64,000 nucleotides of DNA. Origin: a virus. Lineage: Duplodnaviria; Caudoviricetes. Shown one piece after another: positions 29,858 through 39,052 of the stretch. The notes beneath the pieces were generated by a model, which was given only the letters and a program-made list of their open reading frames with translations, did no database searches and was not told the origin of the DNA. A program made the position numbers and the translations under genes. Positions within the stretch are counted from its first letter, which is position 1. Each line of letters starts with the position of its first letter. Location of the stretch: positions 96,001 to 160,000 of IMG/VR virus record IMGVR_UViG_3300027804_002812; one strand, written 5' to 3'.

Positions 29858-30664
29858 ATGAATAATACATTATCACTATCAGTAATACTACCTATAAAAT
29901 CCTCTAAAGCAAAAGATTTCGATGAGTATTTCGAAAAGGCAATTTTATCTCTTAAAAATCAACAAGTAGGATTTGAAGAATTAGTAATTGTTCATTCACA
30001 AGAACAATCCCTTATTGACTTATTGAACTCATATGATTTTGGGGACTTGAATGTAACAAAATTATTGTGGGACAAAGAACCAAATTACGCTAGTCAAGTA
30101 AACTTTGGTATTAAGAATGCAAAAGGGACTTGGATTTCTCTTTTTGAATTTGATGATGAATATTCATCAATATGGTTCAAAAATGTTAAGAAATATGTTG
30201 AATCATTTCCTGATGTTCAAATGTTCTTACCTGTTGTGGTAGAAACGGATGAGAAGGGATTGTTTGCAGGTTTCACAAATGAAGCAACATTCGCAGCTAA
30301 TTTCTCTCAAGAAATGGGTATCTTGACAAATGATACTTTACAAGAATATCAAAACTTCCAAACCGCAGGTTCTGTAATCAAAAAATCTGTTATCGAAGAT
30401 TTCGGAGGTTTCAAACCATCAATCAAACTAACTTTCATTTATGAGTTTTTATTAAGATTGACTTATAACTCCGTTACAGTTATGACAATCCCAAGACTTG
30501 GTTACAAACACGTAAATCTTAGAGAAGGTTCTATTTTTTGGAACTACAAATTCGGTGATAGTAAAATGATTGAGGATGAAGTAAAGTTTTGGATTCAAAC
30601 CGCAAAAAGAGAATATTTTTTCACGGACGACAGATCCATAAAATATCAATCTGAAAATGCTTAA
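29858..30664 (+). CDS. glycosyltransferase family 2-like
   Basis: LSVILPI, NFGIKNAKGTWISLFEFDDEY, YEFLLRL. Confidence 0.75.
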   Translation: MNNTLSLSVILPIKSSKAKDFDEYFEKAILSLKNQQVGFEELVIVHSQEQSLIDLLNSYDFGDLNVTKLLWDKEPNYASQVNFGIKNAKGTWISLFEFDDEYSSIWFKNVKKYVESFPDVQMFLPVVVETDEKGLFAGFTNEATFAANFSQEMGILTNDTLQEYQNFQTAGSVIKKSVIEDFGGFKPSIKLTFIYEFLLRLTYNSVTVMTIPRLGYKHVNLREGSIFWNYKFGDSKMIEDEVKFWIQTAKREYFFTDDRSIKYQSENA

Positions 30665-31410
30665 TGCAAGATTCACTCTCTGCCACAACAGAGGATGTTT
30701 TATCAAAAAAAAGAGGTAGAAAGGCAGTTAAAGAAAATTATTTTGATGTAAGAGAAGAAGAGGCGGTTAGGAAATTCCTGATTGCCGAATCTTCATACGA
30801 AAAAAATAAAATCTATAATCAATTTTTAAGGTCCCCTTTAGATAAAATGATTTCCTCAATCATTAGACGATATAAGTTATATCGTAAAGATATGGATTTT
30901 GAGGAAATTCATACAGATACACATTCCTTTCTTATGACGAAAGTCGATAAGTTTAAGCCAGATAAAAATAAAAAGGCCTATTCTTATTTTGGGACTATCT
31001 GTAAAAATTATCTGATGGGCCAAATTATAAAGGACCAAAAAGAAACTAACCGAAAAATATCATACGAAGATATTTCATCAAGTCTCGAAGAAAGACCTGA
31101 TATGTCTTATAGAATTGATGATGATGTAATCGAAACTGATTATGTTATTAATGAATATTTGACAGAATTAAAAAATTATATTGAATCCGAACAGTTAAAT
31201 GATAACGAAAAAAAATTGGGTTATGCGTTAATTGATTTGTTTGATAATTATGAAACAATTTTTTCAGGGGCAGATAATAACAAGTTCAACAAGAATGTAA
31301 TATTATTATCACTCAGAGAGATGACTAACTTAAGTACTAAAGAAATACGTAGTTCAATTAAGAGATTCAAAAAATTATATGTAGTAATTCAATCAAGAAT
31401 CAAAAACTAA
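30664..31410 (+). CDS. phage RNA polymerase sigma factor (gp55-like, late)
   Basis: KVDKFKPDKNKKAYSYFGTICKNYL resembles sigma region 2 and the gp55 NPFAYFTQI-type motif. No clear region 4. Confidence 0.65.
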   Translation: MQDSLSATTEDVLSKKRGRKAVKENYFDVREEEAVRKFLIAESSYEKNKIYNQFLRSPLDKMISSIIRRYKLYRKDMDFEEIHTDTHSFLMTKVDKFKPDKNKKAYSYFGTICKNYLMGQIIKDQKETNRKISYEDISSSLEERPDMSYRIDDDVIETDYVINEYLTELKNYIESEQLNDNEKKLGYALIDLFDNYETIFSGADNNKFNKNVILLSLREMTNLSTKEIRSSIKRFKKLYVVIQSRIKN

Positions 31411-31418
31411 TAAAAAAG

Positions 31419-31426
31419 TATTTATA
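31419..31426 (+). promoter_or_regulatory. TATTTATA motif
   Basis: 3 nt upstream of ATG 31430. Confidence 0.55.
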
Positions 31427-31429
31427 GAT

Positions 31430-31798
31430 ATGCCGAGACCTCAAAGAAAAGAAATCAATTTCACCAAAGATTCTATATTATCACTCATGCAAGAAATCTA
31501 TAACGAACTTGTTGAGCAAAGACAAACTGCAATTAGGATTCAGAATAAGATGTTAGCGATGCTAAAGGACCCATCCGATATGACTACTATTGGACCCGTA
31601 ATTGAAAAACAACAAAAAATCGTAAATGATTGTGTTGAGAAAAAACTCAATCTATCAAAATTACAGTCAAGTATTTGGGAAAAATCTAACAACAATAAAG
31701 AGGAATCGTTTTCTCTTGCAGATTTAGACGATGATTTGATACAAAATCTTATTGAGAAAGACGTTTCCAAAGATGAGGAATCTTACAAAATGAGATAA
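31430..31798 (+). CDS. hypothetical coiled-coil phage protein
   Basis: 122-aa ORF preceded by TATTTATA. Confidence 0.75.
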   Translation: MPRPQRKEINFTKDSILSLMQEIYNELVEQRQTAIRIQNKMLAMLKDPSDMTTIGPVIEKQQKIVNDCVEKKLNLSKLQSSIWEKSNNNKEESFSLADLDDDLIQNLIEKDVSKDEESYKMR

Positions 31799-31801
31799 AT
31801 T

Positions 31802-33892
31802 ATGCCATTAGATATAAATTCAGCTCAACAATCAATTCAAAGTAAAATTGACGCCTACAAAACTTACAGAGAGGTTTCACAATCAGAAAAAAGTCTTTTA
31901 GGTAAGTTGGGTAACTCCGCCACTGAGGCGACCTCCAAAATTTCAAGTCAATTAGATAAGGTTAGTGAATTTCAAAAAAGATTTCAAAGAGACCCTCCGA
32001 ATTCGATGGATCAATTGTTGGGATTTTTGGGACAAACACAAGGGAATGGTAGTGCGACACTAAAATATTTAAGATCCAAAATATTACAAGCGGCGGCACA
32101 AATCGAGCCCAAAATGGCGGATATTCTGAAAAAAGAGACGATAAATGCTCTTGGATGTTCAGTTGAACAAACATATAATGGAGTAACCTCAGAAAGTTTA
32201 TCTTTACAACCAATCCCATTAAGGCCACAACAAGAAGGTATATACATTCCTGTTAATTCAGTTGATTTTTTTTCAAATCTAAAACAATCTCCTCAAACCG
32301 GTTTCGGTAAAATTTATTACGAAAGTGAAGACCCATCTGCGGATTCAACATTTCGTCCTTACGGGGGTGCAATACCATTTCCAATGAATAAGCAATTATT
32401 CAACTTAATGACATCAGATAACAAAGATAGGTCATATAGTCAAATAAATGGAAAAAATTATGATGGTAAATCTGGTCAACCTTTGTTTGATTTACAATAT
32501 ACAAATACTAATAGTTTCGGAGTCACTGGTGATTACTACCGAGTTTTTTTAATTGACCGTGAGGATGGCCAAGGTAATATCACAAATAATGTTGGTGAAT
32601 TTATTTCTGACTATTATAGTACTATTAAAATAGTAGACTCTGTCGATATTGGTGCTCAAATTGTAAATTTAATTTCAGGGGCCATGAACACTAACGCACA
32701 AGTTGGTTTTGGAGAATTAAATAATCAAAGTAGATTTAACTTAATTGCATCAAGAATCCTTGGGTTGTGCTTTGATGAAAGAAGAGAAATTGATGTAAGT
32801 GGTGTTGCAAAAGTTGGTGAATTAGATGGAGTTGACGATTCTTTTTTTGAACTTAATGAAATTGATTTACGAAATATTGAAGTTGAAATTTCAAATGTTC
32901 AAAATGGAATTATGGAATTCGAGGATTGTGATAATATCCAATTACCTGTTGATTCTGAGGTGTTAATTGCTCAATTGATAGAGTTTAGAAATAACTTGAG
33001 TGGGGAAACCGTTGAAAGACAAGCTGAAAATATCGGTGAAATTATTGATACAATATCAGATAATCCTGCTTGGTCTTTAACGGCGCCTTCAAACTTAAAC
33101 GTTAAACTATCAATAGATAAGAATGTAATTAAAAAAATACCGTTGGCCGTTGCTGCTGGAGTGTTAACACCAAAAAATCTTCTTCCACTTTATACTTTAT
33201 TATCTGTGGTAGAATCTGGCGCGACATACACTTATAATCAAGCAGTCACTGAAATCAATCAAACTACTGCACCAATTACTGATTTCGGAAATCAAGCGGC
33301 TAATATTGGAACTCAAGGAAGTAATATTGTTAATAGTGGGGAAGATTTCTTAAAAAAATTCAAGACATTTTCAATCCAAGTTATTTCTCAAATTAATGCG
33401 GAGTTTCTTCAAGTTCTTTATGAAATATTAAAAAAAGATATTATAAATTTAGTATCTATTATAATTACTGATGTTGCGAACTCGGCTAAATTGAAACAAT
33501 ATACCATGATAATTAGATTAGCACAAATTGCGTTAGTTGTGTCTCAGTTGGTAAATGATTATCGAAAATGTAAAAGCCTTTTAGACAATATATTACTTTT
33601 ACTGAATTTAATTGGTCAAACAGCACGTATCACAATACCACAACCGTTATTGGCCTTGGCAGATTTATTACCGGGAACTTCACCTGAAAGAGCGTCAATA
33701 AATGTTATCGAAGGTCTACAAAAGGTAGGGATACCAACAGGAACTTTACCCGATGGTTCACCAAACTTAATGGGATTATACGATTTAATAAGTAAAAGGG
33801 GAAGTGAAAAAGAAGAAGCGGAAAACGGAAAAATTTTAACAACAATAAAACCTCAATCTGGAGGATTTTTGATGGTAGGTAAAAAATTTTAA
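31802..33892 (+). CDS. large hypothetical (probable tail/baseplate) protein
   Basis: 696 aa, in an operon with the spike-like gene. Confidence 0.6.
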   Translation: MPLDINSAQQSIQSKIDAYKTYREVSQSEKSLLGKLGNSATEATSKISSQLDKVSEFQKRFQRDPPNSMDQLLGFLGQTQGNGSATLKYLRSKILQAAAQIEPKMADILKKETINALGCSVEQTYNGVTSESLSLQPIPLRPQQEGIYIPVNSVDFFSNLKQSPQTGFGKIYYESEDPSADSTFRPYGGAIPFPMNKQLFNLMTSDNKDRSYSQINGKNYDGKSGQPLFDLQYTNTNSFGVTGDYYRVFLIDREDGQGNITNNVGEFISDYYSTIKIVDSVDIGAQIVNLISGAMNTNAQVGFGELNNQSRFNLIASRILGLCFDERREIDVSGVAKVGELDGVDDSFFELNEIDLRNIEVEISNVQNGIMEFEDCDNIQLPVDSEVLIAQLIEFRNNLSGETVERQAENIGEIIDTISDNPAWSLTAPSNLNVKLSIDKNVIKKIPLAVAAGVLTPKNLLPLYTLLSVVESGATYTYNQAVTEINQTTAPITDFGNQAANIGTQGSNIVNSGEDFLKKFKTFSIQVISQINAEFLQVLYEILKKDIINLVSIIITDVANSAKLKQYTMIIRLAQIALVVSQLVNDYRKCKSLLDNILLLLNLIGQTARITIPQPLLALADLLPGTSPERASINVIEGLQKVGIPTGTLPDGSPNLMGLYDLISKRGSEKEEAENGKILTTIKPQSGGFLMVGKKF

Positions 33893-33894
33893 TA

Positions 33895-34107
33895 ATGAAA
33901 GACGAAAAATTTAAGGAAATATTAGATAGTCAACTAAATCTCAAAGATTTACCAAATACAAAGTTGGTGGAATATATGGATTTATTATCATCGGATTTCG
34001 AATCAACAAAAGAATCTATAATAAAAAGCACTCTATACTTAGACAAAGTAGAAGAATTATACGACAGAGTATTAAAAGTTTATCAAGAAAGAAATAATGG
34101 AAAATAA
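33895..34107 (+). CDS. hypothetical phage protein
   Basis: 70-aa ORF coupled to the next gene. Confidence 0.7.
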   Translation: MKDEKFKEILDSQLNLKDLPNTKLVEYMDLLSSDFESTKESIIKSTLYLDKVEELYDRVLKVYQERNNGK

Positions 34108-35632
34108 CTCAATATTTTTTCAGTGTAGGGTATTAAATACTGAAGACCCAATGATGTTGGGTAGAATCAGAGGTGTTAGACTTATCGACAATTATGACGA
34201 TATCTTGAAAAGTATTAGTGACCCTCCGTGGAATGAAGAAAAAGATATATGGACATCAAGAGACCCATTTGTATTCAACGCGCTACTTCCCTATTTCGTA
34301 TATTCTGTACCTAAAGTAGACGAATTAGTTCAGGTTATTTACGTAAACAAAGATTTCCAATATCAAAATCAGTACTACGTTCAAAACACTTTTTCAAGCC
34401 CAACTGCAACGTTCAAAGAATTTTATTTCGGTGGAAATAAATTCACGGGTACGGGTATGCAAATTAAGAATCCGAAACCACTCAAAAATCAAGATGGAAC
34501 GTTTACGGACCAATCGGTTCACAAGGGAGTATTCCCACAGCCAGGAGATAATGCTCTTTTAGGTAGAGGTAGTGCTGACGTTGTTGTAAAACAAGACGAA
34601 GTATTAATAAGAGCAGGTAAATTCAAAGGAGAACAACTACAACCTAACGTCATACCTGTTGCTAATCAACAAAGAGGGTTTTTACAACTATCAAAGTTCC
34701 AAAGTACATTACAGAATTTAGAACCTAAAACGTATTTTGAACTTCAAGAAGATGTTTTACTTACAAAATATTTAATCGAATGGACTTTGGTTAATCCTGA
34801 AAACGCTCACGATAAATTTACAGGAGCCGTCTATTTGTACCAATTAAAACCTGACGTTACTATAAATTCCAAAAATATAACAGTAGATAGTGAAATCTCA
34901 GAAAATCTTAAGAAATTAGTTGCGACTGAATCATTTACGATGTTATCAAAAACACAAACTATTGAATTTATAAATAACTTCATTAATACCTGTAATCAAA
35001 GTAATGTAACCAAAAGTGGTGTAAAATTATTTACTGATAACAACGATTCAAGTAAATTTCCAATTTTTTATCGACCTAATACAATAATGTATTCAAAGTT
35101 GATCCCATCCACACCTTTAGGGTCAACAGCAACACCAATAGAAGTAAGTAACATCAGTGACATTTATAAGGGAGTAAAATTGAATCCATCACTAAAAGGT
35201 GGATATGGTTTAATTTACGCAAAAGGGAAGGTTGGAAATCCAAGAACACCGGTAAAAAAGGTGGTTAAACAACAAAAATACATTAACCAAGAGTCTTCTT
35301 ATGGGGCTTTAGGTAGCGATGTACTATTTTTAGTTTCACACAATTCACAAGTACCAGGAAAAGGTAAAATCAATTTTGATGACACTTTATATGGTATTAC
35401 TCCTGAAAAATTTGCTAATGAATTTCTTCCAAAAACTTCGAGTATGGTTAGAGGTGAGGAACTTTTGGAATTAATTAACTTGATTGTAAAATTCTTGATA
35501 ACTCATACTCACGCATATCCAGGTCTCCCTCCGATACCCGTAACTCAAGACGGAACAAACGCTCAAACAATTTTAGTCGAGCTCAATAATGCTGTTAACA
35601 AAATTCTAAGCAAAAATATTCGACTTAATTGA
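34097..35632 (+). CDS. gp5/VgrG-like baseplate hub-spike protein
   Basis: N-terminal OB-fold motif CRVLNTEDPMMLGRIRG, a GRGSADV...EVLIRAGK beta-strand repeat, and a C-terminal VRGEEL...THTH spike-tip motif. Confidence 0.65.
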   Translation: MENNSIFFQCRVLNTEDPMMLGRIRGVRLIDNYDDILKSISDPPWNEEKDIWTSRDPFVFNALLPYFVYSVPKVDELVQVIYVNKDFQYQNQYYVQNTFSSPTATFKEFYFGGNKFTGTGMQIKNPKPLKNQDGTFTDQSVHKGVFPQPGDNALLGRGSADVVVKQDEVLIRAGKFKGEQLQPNVIPVANQQRGFLQLSKFQSTLQNLEPKTYFELQEDVLLTKYLIEWTLVNPENAHDKFTGAVYLYQLKPDVTINSKNITVDSEISENLKKLVATESFTMLSKTQTIEFINNFINTCNQSNVTKSGVKLFTDNNDSSKFPIFYRPNTIMYSKLIPSTPLGSTATPIEVSNISDIYKGVKLNPSLKGGYGLIYAKGKVGNPRTPVKKVVKQQKYINQESSYGALGSDVLFLVSHNSQVPGKGKINFDDTLYGITPEKFANEFLPKTSSMVRGEELLELINLIVKFLITHTHAYPGLPPIPVTQDGTNAQTILVELNNAVNKILSKNIRLN

Positions 35633-35640
35633 TATTTATA
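35633..35640 (+). promoter_or_regulatory. TATTTATA motif
   Basis: 13 nt upstream of ATG 35654. Confidence 0.6.
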
Positions 35641-35653
35641 AGATAAAAGATAA

Positions 35654-37156
35654 ATGTCGATCTTAAGGTCTTATATAAATAAAAACAATACCATCATTTC
35701 AAACTCATATGTTAATACGGGAAGAAACCCTGTAATTGAGTTGAATTTTGGTGCTTCGGATTTAATTGTCCCAAACTTTGGTTACACAAGATTTATCTTC
35801 GATTTAGATTTATCTTTATTAGAAGAAAACATTGCGTCAGGTGTTATATCAACAGGTTGTACTTCTGCAATGACACACACCCTGAAAATGACCAACACAT
35901 CTTCATTTGACAATGAATTATTAAATTCATTTATGTCCAATGAAAGACGAAGAGCAACTTCATTTGACTTAATATTATGGAGAATCCCTAAGTTTTCAGG
36001 AACTACAGGTCAACCTCAATATTGGGATGAAGGTGTCGGTTATGACTACAACGATTTCAATATTGCACAAAATAGTGCGAATGGTGGAATTTCCCCTTTA
36101 ACGTACGTTGACAGTCGAGCATATTCCACACGACCATCTAACTGGTATCAGACGACAACTCTCTCTGGATGGTCTCAAAATGGTATTTACAACAATAAGA
36201 ATGAAGGGTCTGTAAACTATTCAGGTTTGACCATCGTTGCGAGACAACATTTCGAACTCGGAAACGAAGATTTGAATATGGATATGACCGCAGAAATTAA
36301 TGGTATTCTGAATGGTTCAATTACTGGAGTCACAGGTTGGGGTATATCATACCTTCCTCAAATAGAAAATATTACAGGTCTAACAGAAAGTTATAGTGTT
36401 GCTTTCTTTTCAAGACACACTCAAACATTTTATCAGCCATATCTATTAACAAATTACAATGACTTAATTACGGATGATAGAAATCTATTCTTAAAAAATC
36501 AGGAAAATAAGTTATTCTTATATGTTTACCAAAATGGTGATTTTGTGAATCTCGATTCAGACCCTTTTGTAAGAATTGAAGATAGAAATGGAACTGCTGT
36601 GGCGGGTATGGCTTCCTTAACAACTTGCCTAAAAACCAAAGGCGTTTATGAAGTAACCGTTCCAAATGGGTTTTCCAACTATCCAACTCCATGTATTTTT
36701 TATGATGTATGGTCAGGTCTTACAATCAATGGGCAATCTATTCCTAACGTAACAAATCAATTTACCTTACAACCATATACCTCAGGTATCCAAATCGGTT
36801 CAGTATCTAAAGAACCAGAAATATTTGGATTTGATTTCTACGGTATTCTCCAAAATGAAAAGATTCTTAATACAGATATTCGTAAGGTTGGTGTTACAAT
36901 CAAAAAGGCTTACACAGGGCAAGTACTTCTATTGGATGTTTCAGGATTCTACAGAGTTTATGTGATGGAAGGGACAACTGAAGTATTAGTACAAGATTGG
37001 ACTCCATTGAACCGAACACCAAATGAGTATTACTTCATATTCGATATGAGAGATAAAATCCCAAATCAATATTTTGTTGATATTCAAGTGAACACTTCAG
37101 GTGAAAAAGATACTTATAAGAGACAATTAACATTTTCAATCGTAAATACAAAATGA
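35654..37156 (+). CDS. probable virion structural protein
   Basis: 500-aa beta-rich N/T/S/G-rich ORF with a TATTTATA promoter. Confidence 0.55.
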   Translation: MSILRSYINKNNTIISNSYVNTGRNPVIELNFGASDLIVPNFGYTRFIFDLDLSLLEENIASGVISTGCTSAMTHTLKMTNTSSFDNELLNSFMSNERRRATSFDLILWRIPKFSGTTGQPQYWDEGVGYDYNDFNIAQNSANGGISPLTYVDSRAYSTRPSNWYQTTTLSGWSQNGIYNNKNEGSVNYSGLTIVARQHFELGNEDLNMDMTAEINGILNGSITGVTGWGISYLPQIENITGLTESYSVAFFSRHTQTFYQPYLLTNYNDLITDDRNLFLKNQENKLFLYVYQNGDFVNLDSDPFVRIEDRNGTAVAGMASLTTCLKTKGVYEVTVPNGFSNYPTPCIFYDVWSGLTINGQSIPNVTNQFTLQPYTSGIQIGSVSKEPEIFGFDFYGILQNEKILNTDIRKVGVTIKKAYTGQVLLLDVSGFYRVYVMEGTTEVLVQDWTPLNRTPNEYYFIFDMRDKIPNQYFVDIQVNTSGEKDTYKRQLTFSIVNTK

Positions 37157-37620
37157 ATAAAGTAGTAAAATTAACAGAAAAGGATTTATCACATTTAGTC
37201 AAAAGAGTTTTGAGTGAACAACAAGAATCCGAAAATTATATGTTCTTCAGTAATCTAAAACAAATTGCAAGACAATGTCAAATGTTGTTAGAAATGGACG
37301 AAGAGATGATTGACCAAATTCTACAAGATGGACATGATTGGGCTGACGACCACGTTTCAGAAGCAAAGACAAACATGGACCAAGTTTTTGACTTCATAAT
37401 GAATGAGAAGAGAAAAATGGGCCAATATGTCGATTATGAAGAAATGACCGAAGGGAGAAAGAAAACCGGAACCAAACTTTGTGCTAGAGGTTTAGCTGCC
37501 GCTAAGGGAAAGTTTAAGGTTCACCCCTCAGCTTATAGTAACGGCTACGGAGTCCAAGTATGTAAAGGTAAGATGCCGGGTTTAGACGGTAAAAAACATT
37601 GTTCAGGGGCTTATTGTTAA
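37153..37620 (+). CDS. hypothetical protein with LTExDL leader and C-terminal Cys motif (HPSAYSN)
   Basis: MNKVVKLTEKDLSHLVKRVLSE...; LCARG...KFKVHPSAYSNGYGVQVCKG. Confidence 0.75.
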   Translation: MNKVVKLTEKDLSHLVKRVLSEQQESENYMFFSNLKQIARQCQMLLEMDEEMIDQILQDGHDWADDHVSEAKTNMDQVFDFIMNEKRKMGQYVDYEEMTEGRKKTGTKLCARGLAAAKGKFKVHPSAYSNGYGVQVCKGKMPGLDGKKHCSGAYC

Positions 37621-37625
37621 AAATA

Positions 37626-37656
37626 AAAAGAAGAATTTAGGTTCTTCTTTTTTTTT
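37626..37656 (+). terminator. intrinsic terminator
   Basis: AAAGAAGAA-tttagg-TTCTTCTTT followed by a T tract. Confidence 0.75.
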
Positions 37657-37671
37657 ACCCAACAATTTTTA

Positions 37672-37679
37672 TATCTTTG
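37672..37679 (+). promoter_or_regulatory. Bacteroidota-type -7 promoter element (TATCTTTG)
   Basis: Matches TAnnTTTG. Lies after a terminator and 26 nt before ATG 37706. Confidence 0.55.
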
Positions 37680-37705
37680 TGTAGTTATTATATCTCACGA
37701 AAGAC

Positions 37706-38101
37706 ATGAAAAAATTCTTCAGAAAATTATGGTTAAAATTTTTAATAAGGATGAATCGAAAAATTCAACCAAAAGTCAATTTTGATGATAATGAAAAAAC
37801 TTCATCATCAATTTGTCGAAAATTAATAAATCATGAGGATTCCAAATTTTTGATTGCTCCTCTTTCTCAAAAAAGATACATCAAGAATGAAACTCTACAA
37901 ATGTTTGTGATAATTCAAGGAGATAGAATAAACATTACAAACCACATTTACAATTATGATATCACAATTTCATTACAAATGGGGGAAAAACTTGGGAGGT
38001 TGTTCGATAACAAAGTGGAAGAAGCAAGAATGAAATTTGAAAAGGAAATGCATAGCCAAGTACAACACTCATTGAAAAAAATTTTAGAAAAACTTATCTA
38101 A
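37706..38101 (+). CDS. hypothetical phage protein
   Basis: 131-aa ORF with its own host-type promoter. Confidence 0.75.
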   Translation: MKKFFRKLWLKFLIRMNRKIQPKVNFDDNEKTSSSICRKLINHEDSKFLIAPLSQKRYIKNETLQMFVIIQGDRINITNHIYNYDITISLQMGEKLGRLFDNKVEEARMKFEKEMHSQVQHSLKKILEKLI

Positions 38102-38789
38102 TGTTTTCTTTCAAAATTTTAACAATTAAATCCCTTAATGATTCATTTTGGGATTTTTTTGGTTTATAAGATGTCATAGTTGGTTTATTACCAGTACCAA
38201 CTTTTGGGTCTGATTTTTCTGCTCTTCTTTTCTGTGAACATGCTGATTTCTTTTGAGAGTCAGTCATGTTTGCCGCGACTCCTTTAGCACGACATTTAGG
38301 GTATCCCTTACTATCCGCTTCAGGCCTACCACAAGGGGGATGTCCTCCTCCTTCTTTCTTTCTACAAATATTAACCCATGGTCCTGAAGGTTGTTTTGAA
38401 CCTTTAGGTTTTTTCTTAGTACCAAACCAAACTGCCAAATCTTCTTTTACTATCTTTTCTTTCAAGGGTTCACCACTCATAGTTGGATTTATTGCCGACC
38501 CATCCTCATCATTTTGACCCATATAAGATTTTTTCTTTTGCATGTTAATTTTACTCATTAATTTGGTTCTTTTTTCAATTTTTTCCCTTTCTTCAGGGGA
38601 TTCAGTAAAATCTCCATCCGCCTCTTGATAGGCAAGTTGGGCATTCGTATATTTGTAAACTGGCTCTGTGAAAGGGCCAAGTTGGTCATCTTTCCATGTT
38701 TGTGGCCCGAGTACAAGTGGGCCTGAATAAGATCCGGCTAAACCTGCCCCACTTACCTCTTTGATTATTTTTCTTATAATATCTTTCAC
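38094..38789 (-). CDS. hypothetical protein with Cys motif (WVNIC...PPCGR...YPKCR...AC)
   Basis: 231 aa, GTG start, EDLAVWFG motif, IIKE and ILKE termini. Confidence 0.75.
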   Translation of the reverse strand: MKDIIRKIIKEVSGAGLAGSYSGPLVLGPQTWKDDQLGPFTEPVYKYTNAQLAYQEADGDFTESPEEREKIEKRTKLMSKINMQKKKSYMGQNDEDGSAINPTMSGEPLKEKIVKEDLAVWFGTKKKPKGSKQPSGPWVNICRKKEGGGHPPCGRPEADSKGYPKCRAKGVAANMTDSQKKSACSQKRRAEKSDPKVGTGNKPTMTSYKPKKSQNESLRDLIVKILKENIR

Positions 38790-38818
38790 AATAATAAATA
38801 TACAGTTAAATCAAAATT

Positions 38819-39043
38819 ATGGAACAAAGACAACCTATTGGATTACTATTTGGAAGTGTCGGGTATTACAGTCCTGATGACATAAATTCTATCTGTGATG
38901 ACATGAACTTAGAACAAGCATATTTTATGATAATAAAGGCTTTGGAATATTCTCACAATTCTAATATCTTTACACTTCAAGAATCCGAATTAGTTTCAAA
39001 ATCACTCAGAATATTAAACAATCATTTCACTCAAGAAAAATAA
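38819..39043 (+). CDS. hypothetical phage protein
   Basis: 74-aa ORF. Confidence 0.7.
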   Translation: MEQRQPIGLLFGSVGYYSPDDINSICDDMNLEQAYFMIIKALEYSHNSNIFTLQESELVSKSLRILNNHFTQEK

Positions 39044-39052
39044 TATAAAAAC

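Noticed and set aside
9090-30664. Interpretation as a bacterial LPS/capsule locus (host chromosome or contamination)
   Set aside because: Contiguous and co-oriented with phage genes, interleaved with dUTPase, PhoH and a phage sigma, and lacking Wzx/Wzy/Wzz/ABC export genes
9090-30664. DNA hypermodification as the primary role of the GTs
   Set aside because: Not excluded, but no hydroxymethylase, thymidylate-synthase homologue, TET/JBP or DNA base kinase is visible in this window, so it is kept only as an alternative
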